A stretch of DNA of 55,519 nt from Opitutia bacterium (lineage in GTDB: Bacteria > Verrucomicrobiota > Verrucomicrobiia > Opitutales > T3Sed10-336): positions 1 through 55,519 of the forward strand of contig JBJHCF010000035.1 in assembly GCA_050506795.1 (NCBI GenBank), written 5' to 3'. The number at the start of each line of letters is the position of its first letter. The stretch's first letter is position 1. The translations under genes and the position numbers were made by a program. A model generated the notes under the pieces. It saw only the letters and a list, made by a program, of their open reading frames with translations, ran no database searches and was not told where the DNA came from. Below are positions 30,969 through 38,900 of the stretch, one piece after another.

Positions 30969-33900
30969 ATGAAGAAACTGCTAGTTGCCAATCGTAGTGA
31001 AATTGCCATTCGGGTCTTCCGCTGCGCCACCGAGCTGGGGATGCGCACGGTGGCCATTTATGCTGATGAGGATCGCTTTGGGGTACACCGCTTCAAGGCG
31101 GACGAAGCCTACGTGGTCGGTCATGGGAAGGGGCCGGTCGGCGCCTACCTGGACATAGAGGGCATCATCGCTCTGGCGAAGGAGAAAGGCGTGGACCTGA
31201 TTCACCCGGGTTACGGCTTCCTCGCTGAAAATGCCGAGTTCGCCAGGGCCTGTGGTGAGGCTGGAATCACCTTTGTGGGACCCCGGCCCGAGATCCTTGA
31301 GCAGATGGGCGACAAGACCGCCGCCCGCGCCCTGGCGGAGAAAGCCGGAGTCCCCGTGTTGCCCGGAACGGAAAAGCCGATCCGGGACGCAAAAACCGCT
31401 TTGAAAAGGGCGGGGGAAATCGGTTTTCCCCTGATCATCAAGGCGGCCTATGGAGGCGGGGGCCGCGGAATGCGGGTCGTGCAGGAGGAGAAAGATCTGG
31501 AGCGCCTGCTGCAGGAGGCCCGGTCCGAAGCCGAACGCGCCTTTGGGAATCCGGCGGTTTTCCTGGAGCGCTACATCTCGCGGGCCAAACATATCGAAGT
31601 ACAGATCGTCGGCGACCAGCGTGGCAACCTGGTTCACCTGCACGAGCGCGACTGCTCCGTGCAGCGGCGGCACCAAAAAGTGGTGGAGATCGCGCCCTCG
31701 GTCGGGGTCGCCGATTCGGTGCGGGCGGAGCTCTGCCAGGCGGCGGTGGCCATCGGTCGCGCCGTCGGCTACGACAACGCCGGCACGGTGGAATTTCTGT
31801 TGGATTACGATACCAACGAGTGGTTCTTCATCGAGATGAATCCGCGTATCCAGGTCGAGCATACGGTTTCGGAAATGATCACCGGCCTGGATATCGTCCG
31901 CGCGCAGATCGAGGTGGCCCAGGGGCATTCGCTGCACGGAGCGCGGGTCGGGTTTCCCCGCCAGGACGCCGTTCCGCGCATTGGATGCGCCGTCCAGTGC
32001 CGCATCACCACGGAGGACCCGGAGAACAACTTTATCCCGGACTACGGCAAGATCCTCAACTACCGGTCGGCTTCCGGCCTGGGGATTCGTCTCGACGGGG
32101 CCCAGGGGCATACCGGGGGCGAAATCACTCCTTTTTATGATTCGTTGCTGGTCAAGGTCACCGCGTTCGCGCCTGATTTCGAGACGGCACTGCGCCGCAT
32201 GGACCGTGCCTTGCGGGAATTCCGTATTCGCGGCGTCAAATCGAACATTCCGTTCCTGGAGAACGTCATTCATGACCAGACGTTTCGTGCCGGCGAGGCC
32301 ACCACGCGACTCCTGGACACCCGCCCCGAGCTCTTCAAGTTCAGTCCGCGCCGGGATCGGGCCACCCGCCTGTTGAATTTTCTGGGCGATGTGGTGGTCA
32401 ACGGCAACCCGCACGTCAAGGGCCGCCTGCCGGCGCGCCCGCCGTCCAATCCGGCGCCGCTGCCTTTCGATCACCTGGCGTCGCCGCCGCCGGGGACGCG
32501 AAACTATTTGCTGAAACACGGTCCCCGCAAGTTCGCCGAGTGGACGGCGAAACAGAAGCGCCTGCTGCTGACCGATACCACTCTGCGAGACGCCCATCAG
32601 TCGTTGTTCGCCGCCCGCATGCGGACCTACGACATGCTCGCCGCCGCCGACGCCATCGCCCGGAGGGCCCCGGAACTGTACAGCCTGGAGATGTGGGGCG
32701 GCGCCACGTTTGATACCTCGATGCGATTCCTGCGCGAGGATCCTTTCGAACGCTTGCGGCTGCTGCGGGAAAAGGTTCCCAACATTTGTTTCCAGATGCT
32801 GCTGCGAGGCGCCAACGGTGTCGGTTACACCAATTATCCCGACAACGTGGTCGCCGGTTTTGTGAAGCATTCCGCGGAGGCGGGGATGGATATTTTCCGC
32901 ATCTTCGATTCGCTCAACTACCTTCCGAATCTCAAGGTTTCGATGGACGCCGTGCTGAACAAGACCGACGCGGTCTGCGAGGCGGCCATCTGTTACACCG
33001 GCGACATTCTGGATCCGGACCGGCAGAAGTATTCACTTAAGTACTACGTCGATCTGGCCAAGGAACTGGAAAAGCGGGGCGCTCACATTCTGGCCATCAA
33101 GGACATGGCTGGCCTCTGCAAGCCGTATGCGGCCACACTCCTGGTGAAGACCCTGAAGCAGGAGGTCGGCATCCCCATTCATTTCCACACTCACGACAGC
33201 AGCGGCATCGCCGCGGCTTCGCTTCTGCGGGCCTCGGATGCCGGGGTAGATGTGGCCGACGCCGCCATTGCCTCGATGTCGGGTTCCACCAGCCAGCCGA
33301 ACCTCAATTCGATCGTGGCGGCCCTGCGTCACACCCCCCGGGACACGGGTCTGGATCTGGCGGTGTTGAATGAATTCACCTATTACTGGGAGGACGTGCG
33401 CCGGATTTATTTGCCGTTCGATACCAGCCCGCCTTTCGGCAGCGCCGAGGTGTATTATCACGAGATGCCGGGCGGCCAGTACACCAACCTTCGGGAACAG
33501 GCCGAATCCATGGGACTGGGACGCCGGTGGCGCGAAGTGGTGCGCTATTACCGGGAGGTGAACGACCTGTTCGGGGACATTGTCAAGGTCACGCCCAGCA
33601 GCAAGGTGGTCGGCGACATGGCCATGTTCCTCATCACCCGGGGAATCGAACCGTCGGAGGTGCCGAACCTCGAACCCGGAACCTCGTTCCCGGAATCGGT
33701 GGTCGATCTTTTCGCCGGCGGCCTGGGCCAGCCGCCTGGCGGGTGGCCAAAAAAACTGCAGAAGGTGATCCTCGGCAAACGCAAACCGTCGCGCGGCCGT
33801 CCCGGAGCGGACAAGCCGGCGCTGGATCTGAAAAAGGAGGCGGTCGAACTGGAGAAGAAGCACGGGCGGAAAGTGACGGACGACGATCTGTTCGCTCACT

Positions 33901-34409
33901 TGATGTACCCGCAGGTCTACGACGAGTTCAGGGCCTTTCACCGCCAGTACGGCGACGTCTCCGTCCTGCCCAGCCCCGCCTTTTTCTACGGCCTGCAGCC
34001 GGGCGAGGAAATCAGCGTCGAGATCGAGGAAGGCAAGACCTTGTACATCAAACTCGTGAACGTGGGCGATGTCGACGAGGACGGGCGCCGGCCGGTGACC
34101 TTTGAGCTCAACGGCAAGGCACGCGAGGCGCTCATCGCGGACAATTCGGTGCAGCCCGAGACCAAACGGAGGGAGAAAGCGGATCCGGCGGACCGGGGTC
34201 AGGTGGGAGCGCCCATTCCGGGGATGGTGACCAGCATTCCCGTGTCGGCCGGCGATCGTGTGGCCGCAGGAGATAAACTGATGACCCTGGAGGCCATGAA
34301 AATGCAGACCACCGTTTACGCGCCCGCCGACGGCGTGATCGAAGAACTGCTGGTGGCGGTGGGAGACGCGGTCGAAAGCAAGGATCTTTTGGCGCGTTTG
34401 CGCGTCTAA
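30969..34409 (+). CDS. pyc: Pyruvate carboxylase
   Basis: VANRSEIA, ERDCSVQRRHQK, DTTLRDAHQS, IKDMAG, HFHTHD, biotinylation motif EAMKM. Confidence 0.98.
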   Translation: MKKLLVANRSEIAIRVFRCATELGMRTVAIYADEDRFGVHRFKADEAYVVGHGKGPVGAYLDIEGIIALAKEKGVDLIHPGYGFLAENAEFARACGEAGITFVGPRPEILEQMGDKTAARALAEKAGVPVLPGTEKPIRDAKTALKRAGEIGFPLIIKAAYGGGGRGMRVVQEEKDLERLLQEARSEAERAFGNPAVFLERYISRAKHIEVQIVGDQRGNLVHLHERDCSVQRRHQKVVEIAPSVGVADSVRAELCQAAVAIGRAVGYDNAGTVEFLLDYDTNEWFFIEMNPRIQVEHTVSEMITGLDIVRAQIEVAQGHSLHGARVGFPRQDAVPRIGCAVQCRITTEDPENNFIPDYGKILNYRSASGLGIRLDGAQGHTGGEITPFYDSLLVKVTAFAPDFETALRRMDRALREFRIRGVKSNIPFLENVIHDQTFRAGEATTRLLDTRPELFKFSPRRDRATRLLNFLGDVVVNGNPHVKGRLPARPPSNPAPLPFDHLASPPPGTRNYLLKHGPRKFAEWTAKQKRLLLTDTTLRDAHQSLFAARMRTYDMLAAADAIARRAPELYSLEMWGGATFDTSMRFLREDPFERLRLLREKVPNICFQMLLRGANGVGYTNYPDNVVAGFVKHSAEAGMDIFRIFDSLNYLPNLKVSMDAVLNKTDAVCEAAICYTGDILDPDRQKYSLKYYVDLAKELEKRGAHILAIKDMAGLCKPYAATLLVKTLKQEVGIPIHFHTHDSSGIAAASLLRASDAGVDVADAAIASMSGSTSQPNLNSIVAALRHTPRDTGLDLAVLNEFTYYWEDVRRIYLPFDTSPPFGSAEVYYHEMPGGQYTNLREQAESMGLGRRWREVVRYYREVNDLFGDIVKVTPSSKVVGDMAMFLITRGIEPSEVPNLEPGTSFPESVVDLFAGGLGQPPGGWPKKLQKVILGKRKPSRGRPGADKPALDLKKEAVELEKKHGRKVTDDDLFAHLMYPQVYDEFRAFHRQYGDVSVLPSPAFFYGLQPGEEISVEIEEGKTLYIKLVNVGDVDEDGRRPVTFELNGKAREALIADNSVQPETKRREKADPADRGQVGAPIPGMVTSIPVSAGDRVAAGDKLMTLEAMKMQTTVYAPADGVIEELLVAVGDAVESKDLLARLRV

Positions 34410-34417
34410 TCCCAAAG

Positions 34418-35959
34418 ATGAAAAGGCGCGATAGGGTCAAGGCATTGAATCCCGCTGGATCGAAATTCATCCGCCGCGCCTCCCCGGCGATGGTGGCTGC
34501 GGCAGTGCTGGGGTTGACACCGCTTATTGCCGCGGGCGATGAAATCGAGGTGACCGTGCATCCGGAAGACGCCTTTCAGGTCCATGAGGGATTCGGTACC
34601 TCGCTCGCGTGGTGGGGGAACGTGATTGGCGGGTGGCCGGAAGAGAAGCGCGAGCATATCGCCGATCTGGTGTTCGATCCGGAGAAGGGCCTCGGCTTCA
34701 ACATTGTCCGGTACAACATCGGCGGGGGCGACAACCCCGAGTTGGAGCCCTATTTGCGTCCGGGCGGCGATGTCCCCGGGTTTCAGCCGGAGCCGGGGGT
34801 TTGGGATTGGAGTGCGGACGAGAACCAGCGGTGGGTTCTGATGGCCGCCCGGGAGCGGGCCGGCGATGAGTTTCTGGCGGAGGCGTTTTCCAATTCGCCG
34901 CCGTATTGGATGAACCACACCAACGACGTGCACGGCAACCAAGGCGAGGATAATCTCAAGCCGGAATACTACGATGCATTTGCCGAATACCTCACCGAGG
35001 TCGTCCAACATTTTCGCGACGAATACGATTTGGTCTTTCGCACCCTGGCGCCGTTCAACGAACCCGAACTGGCCTGGGGAAGTCCCAGTCACCGCGGGCA
35101 GGAAGGCTGCCATTTTCGGGTGGCCACCCAGGAGATCATTATTGAAAAGGTCTATGACGAACTGAGGGAGCGCGAATTGGAAACCGTGATCAGCGCCATG
35201 GACGGCGCGCATTACTGGAACACCATGCGCCAGTACAACGAGTACGGCGAGGCGACCCGTTCCCGCGTCGCCCAGATCAATTCCCACGGCTACGAAGTGA
35301 ATCCCGGCGCCATGCGCGAACTGCGCAACCTCGCGGCACGGGAAGGCAAACGACTGTGGATGTCGGAACTCGACGGCGGGGGCGGACGCAGTTCCTGGGG
35401 GTCTTTCGCTCACGATCCCGAGGACATGGTGCCGGCATTAAACCTTTCGCGCCAGGTCTACCGCACCCTGAAGGATTTGCGCCCGGCGGCGTGGATTTTC
35501 TGGCAGGCGGTGGAGAACTGGGCGCACAACATCAACTCCAATCACAACTGGGGCCTGATTCACGCGAACTTCGAGGAAGAAGGCGCGCAGGGGCTGGGTG
35601 AGTTCGACTACACGACGAACAAGAAGTTTTACGTCATGGGTCAGTACTCGAAGTTCATCCGCCCAGGCGACAGACAGATTCGCATCGATCAGGACCGGGC
35701 GGTGGCGTTTATTAATCGCAACGGCGACAGGCTGGTGATCGTGCAGACCAATGAGGAGGAGGAACCGTTCGATTTCCAATACGACCTGTCGCGGTTTGCC
35801 TCGATTGAGGGTCCGGTGGAAGCCTACCGGACATCCGCGTCGGAAAACCTGGAGCGACTGGAACCGATGGAAGTGTCGTCCGAGGGACACCTCGACACCA
35901 CGGCGCCGGCGCGATCGGTCACGACCTTTTTAATCCCGATAACCCTTTCCGAATCGTGA
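34418..35959 (+). CDS. GH30 glycoside hydrolase (endo-beta-1,6-galactanase-like)
   Basis: GTSLAWW, RYNIGGG, AFSNSPPYWM, acid/base PFNEP, nucleophile LWMSE; hydrophobic signal segment; start uncertain. Confidence 0.85.
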   Translation: MKRRDRVKALNPAGSKFIRRASPAMVAAAVLGLTPLIAAGDEIEVTVHPEDAFQVHEGFGTSLAWWGNVIGGWPEEKREHIADLVFDPEKGLGFNIVRYNIGGGDNPELEPYLRPGGDVPGFQPEPGVWDWSADENQRWVLMAARERAGDEFLAEAFSNSPPYWMNHTNDVHGNQGEDNLKPEYYDAFAEYLTEVVQHFRDEYDLVFRTLAPFNEPELAWGSPSHRGQEGCHFRVATQEIIIEKVYDELRERELETVISAMDGAHYWNTMRQYNEYGEATRSRVAQINSHGYEVNPGAMRELRNLAAREGKRLWMSELDGGGGRSSWGSFAHDPEDMVPALNLSRQVYRTLKDLRPAAWIFWQAVENWAHNINSNHNWGLIHANFEEEGAQGLGEFDYTTNKKFYVMGQYSKFIRPGDRQIRIDQDRAVAFINRNGDRLVIVQTNEEEEPFDFQYDLSRFASIEGPVEAYRTSASENLERLEPMEVSSEGHLDTTAPARSVTTFLIPITLSES

Positions 35960-36270
35960 GTGCGGCGCCGGAAGACGAACCCGCCGAAGACGAGCCGGTG
36001 GAGATTCCCATCACCGACGAACTGGATCTGCACACCTTCCAGCCCCGCGAGGTCAAGGACCTGGTTCCCTACTACCTGGAGGAATGTCGCGACCGCGGCA
36101 TTCACACCGTTCGGGTGATCCACGGCAAAGGCAGCGGCACGCTGCGGGAAACGGTGCATTCGCTCCTGCGAAAACTCGACTTCGTCCGCGATTTCCACCT
36201 CGCCGACGAAGCCTCCGGCGGCTGGGGCGCCACCCGCGTCCACCTCAAGCCGAAAGACCCAACAAAGTAG
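35956..36270 (+). CDS. Stand-alone Smr domain protein
   Basis: ELDLH, VIHGKGSG.LR, GGWGATRV. Confidence 0.92.
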   Translation: MSAAPEDEPAEDEPVEIPITDELDLHTFQPREVKDLVPYYLEECRDRGIHTVRVIHGKGSGTLRETVHSLLRKLDFVRDFHLADEASGGWGATRVHLKPKDPTK

Positions 36271-36399
36271 GTCTATAGGCGCTCCGCCGCCTTCTCAGCG
36301 CCGCCGCGCAACTTCTGGCAACGCTGGACGCCTCTCAGTTAGGATCACAACTGACGATGCTGAGTGGAAGGACTTGAACTTTTCTTGTGATTGAGAACT

Positions 36400-36430
36400 T
36401 ACAGATAGCAAATATGGTTTGCTATCTGTA
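36400..36430. promoter_or_regulatory. Perfect 13-bp inverted repeat (operator or hairpin)
   Basis: TACAGATAGCAAA-TATGG-TTTGCTATCTGTA, 39 nt upstream of the ORF at 36470. Confidence 0.5.
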
Positions 36431-36469
36431 GGAAAAGGCGACATCGGGTTTATTTAAACGAGAGGGAGT

Positions 36470-37342
36470 ATGCTCATGAAGAAACTGTATGTTGGATTAG
36501 GAATGTATCCGCAGTTAAGTAAAATAGTGTTTATTTATTCGGTGTGTTTGGCTGTCCCTTGCATCACTGTGTTTGCGAATTCGATTGCTAAGTTGGGAGA
36601 AGTCAGCCTCGCCGGGAATCAGTATCCGATCCTTGCGGTATCTGGAAAGGATTTTGCGGACAAAAATGAGTTTTTTGAAAAGCTTTTCGATGACATAAAT
36701 AGAATTTCTAACGCCAATCGCTATTATTTTCAACGGTATGATGAGGAGTTTATTGGTCGTGTTGGCGATAGAGACGAGGATCTTAGACAGGCAATTTTTC
36801 CTTGGTATGATCGGGTGATTCAAGGGGGATTTCAGCGATCTAATATTTGGGGAGCTCTTCGACTCAGCGGGGGATGGGGGATGATGCTCGAAGTATATGT
36901 GATTGATAAAAAAGTTACGTTTCTTGTTCCGCCGGAAACAGTGGATTATTCCCTAAAAGAGAACTGGGAAGTATATCGGAAATACGAAAGTGAGTTTTTG
37001 GAATTGCGCGCCAGTTTGATTCGGTTGAATGATAGTATTCGATGGGGGACTCATGTTGATGTTGCCCAATCTCTCCGTGATTTGTGTAAAAGCGATTCCA
37101 TGTTTGAAGGTCTCATGGACCTCTGGGGAAGATCGGAACGTTGCGCAGAGGTACTATTTGAAGACTTCTTAGCCGAGCATGCGTACGTTCGGCACCCAGG
37201 CGAGGACGGTCACATTACAGTTGGGGCAATGCTACAGTGGCGATATTGTGATGATAGTAGGGATAATAGAATGCTAGAGGCTATTATGGTGTATGATGAA
37301 GGGTGGAGTTTTTTGAGTGTTAGGCACCCGGAGGATTACTGA
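36470..37342 (+). CDS. Low-GC hypothetical protein, possible orphan immunity protein
   Basis: 290-aa ORF with GAGGGAG RBS, visibly AT-richer than flanking genes, hydrophobic N-terminal segment; no family recognised. Confidence 0.6.
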   Translation: MLMKKLYVGLGMYPQLSKIVFIYSVCLAVPCITVFANSIAKLGEVSLAGNQYPILAVSGKDFADKNEFFEKLFDDINRISNANRYYFQRYDEEFIGRVGDRDEDLRQAIFPWYDRVIQGGFQRSNIWGALRLSGGWGMMLEVYVIDKKVTFLVPPETVDYSLKENWEVYRKYESEFLELRASLIRLNDSIRWGTHVDVAQSLRDLCKSDSMFEGLMDLWGRSERCAEVLFEDFLAEHAYVRHPGEDGHITVGAMLQWRYCDDSRDNRMLEAIMVYDEGWSFLSVRHPEDY

Positions 37343-37414
37343 CATGAGTAACGTGAGGTGGTCCGTAAGCGTCCGCTCGGCGTCCCCCTGTGAAGGGATG
37401 CCGAGTTCGGGGAA

Positions 37415-37647
37415 GACGCAAAGGGATCAGTCCGTTGTTTGTTGACTTTTGTCTTGCGTGAAGAAAAGCGATAGCCAGTTTGATCTGCATGGCAAGGAAG
37501 CTGCGGATTCAGTATCCTGGAGCGATGTATCACATCATTAATCGCGGGAACTACCGAAAAGACCTGTTCGAGAGCGTGGGCGCGGCGGAGGCTTTCTTGA
37601 TGGTGCTAGGTGAAGCCGTTCCGAGGTTTGGCTGGAAGCTGCATGCG
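37415..37647 (+). pseudogene. Truncated third copy of the Y1 HUH transposase element (degenerate left end + first 53 codons)
   Basis: Left end GACGCAAAGGGATCAGTCCGTTGTTTGTTGA; ATG 37489 MARKLRIQYPGAMYH...GWKLHA; similarity stops at 37647, just before another left end. Confidence 0.9.
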
Positions 37648-37651
37648 AGGG

Positions 37652-37748
37652 AGGCAAAAGGGGTCAGGCCGTTGTTTGTTGATTTCCGGCTTGCGTGTAG
37701 GGAGGAGGGAACAAACAACGTCAGGTCTGTACACTTGACTGAACCCCT
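37652..37748 (+). mobile_element. Miniature non-coding derivative of the element
   Basis: Full 31-bp left end 37652-37682; internal inverted AACAAACAACG (37710-37720); degenerate right end CTGAACCCCT (37739-37748). Confidence 0.55.
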
Positions 37749-37866
37749 CTCACGACGGGTTACTGCTCGCCACTTTGCATGACGGCTAATGACAACTCCA
37801 TCTTGTGGAGAGTCAAAAGCTGACGTTTTCCCGGTCGCTCACGCTCTCGCCCAAAAGAAAAGAGGG

Positions 37867-38900
37867 AGGCAAAAGGGGTCAGGCCGTTGTTTGTTGACTT
37901 TTGTCTTGCGTGAGGAAGCCCAATAGCCAGATTGAGCTGCATGGCAAGGAAGCTGCGAATTCAGTATCCCGGAGCGATGTATCACATCATCAATCGCGGG
38001 AACTATCGAAAAGATCTATTTGAGAGCGTGGGCGCGGCGGAGGCTTTCTTGAGGGTGCTGGGCGAAGCCGTTCCGAGGTTTGGCTGGAAGCTGCATGCGT
38101 ACGTGCTGATGAGAAATCATTATCATCTGGCGTTGGAGACGCCGACACCGACCCTGGTACAGGGGATGCACTGGCTGCAAAGCACCCTGGCCACCCGCTT
38201 CAACAGGTACCGGCGCGAGAGCGGTCACCTTTTTCAGGGGCGCTATAAGTCGATTTTAATCGAGGATCCGGCTGCATTGAGCCGGGTGGTTGATTACATT
38301 CACCTCAATCCGGTGCGAGCAGAGGTTGTGTCAGCCGAGCAGGTGGGTAACTACCGATGGAGCAGCCTGGCGCGTTTTTTGAAGGGAGGTCGGCTGCCGG
38401 GGTTGACGGCGGCCGATTGGTTGGCCGCCGGTGGAGGTTGGCGGGATGATGCGCTGGGATGGAAGGCTTATACGGAACGATTGGTGGAACTTGGCCGAGA
38501 TGAAGCACGCTGGAAGATGGCGGGTCTGGAGGGGCTTTCCCGGAGTTGGGCGATTGGTAGTTCCGGCTGGCGAAGGAAGCTTGCGCGGGAGTATGCTCAG
38601 CGTGTGCTGGAGCCGGGTTTGGAGCGGGAAGAGGTGCGCGAGTTGCGCGAGAGTGCTTGGAGTCTCTGCCTGGAGGAAGAATTGGCGGCGTTGGGAAAAA
38701 CGAAGACGGATTTGAACTGTCGTCCGCGAAAACAGGCATGGAAGCTGGACCTGGCGCAACGTATCCGGGACAAGAGCGCCGCGCCCTACCGCTGGCTTGC
38801 GGAGGCCCTGGATATTGGTCGGCCCGAATCTCTTCGCAGTTACCTTTGCCGTCACAGAGGGATTAAGGATCAACGAACAACGGCCTGACCCCTTTTGCCT
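37867..38900 (+). mobile_element. 1034-bp element: Y1 HUH transposase gene between 31-bp terminal inverted repeats (copy 1)
   Basis: Left AGGCAAAAGGGGTCAGGCCGTTGTTTGTTGA (37867-37897); right TCAACGAACAACGGCCTGACCCCTTTTGCCT (38870-38900); 30/31 complementary; no target duplication seen. Confidence 0.9.
37941..38888 (+). CDS. Y1 HUH transposase (REP-associated tyrosine transposase / IS200-like), copy 1
   Basis: YHIINRGN, AYVLMRNHYHL (HUH), GHLFQGRYKS, catalytic YIHLNPVRA; 315 aa with C-terminal extension; stop codon inside the right IR. Confidence 0.92.
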   Translation: MARKLRIQYPGAMYHIINRGNYRKDLFESVGAAEAFLRVLGEAVPRFGWKLHAYVLMRNHYHLALETPTPTLVQGMHWLQSTLATRFNRYRRESGHLFQGRYKSILIEDPAALSRVVDYIHLNPVRAEVVSAEQVGNYRWSSLARFLKGGRLPGLTAADWLAAGGGWRDDALGWKAYTERLVELGRDEARWKMAGLEGLSRSWAIGSSGWRRKLAREYAQRVLEPGLEREEVRELRESAWSLCLEEELAALGKTKTDLNCRPRKQAWKLDLAQRIRDKSAAPYRWLAEALDIGRPESLRSYLCRHRGIKDQRTTA

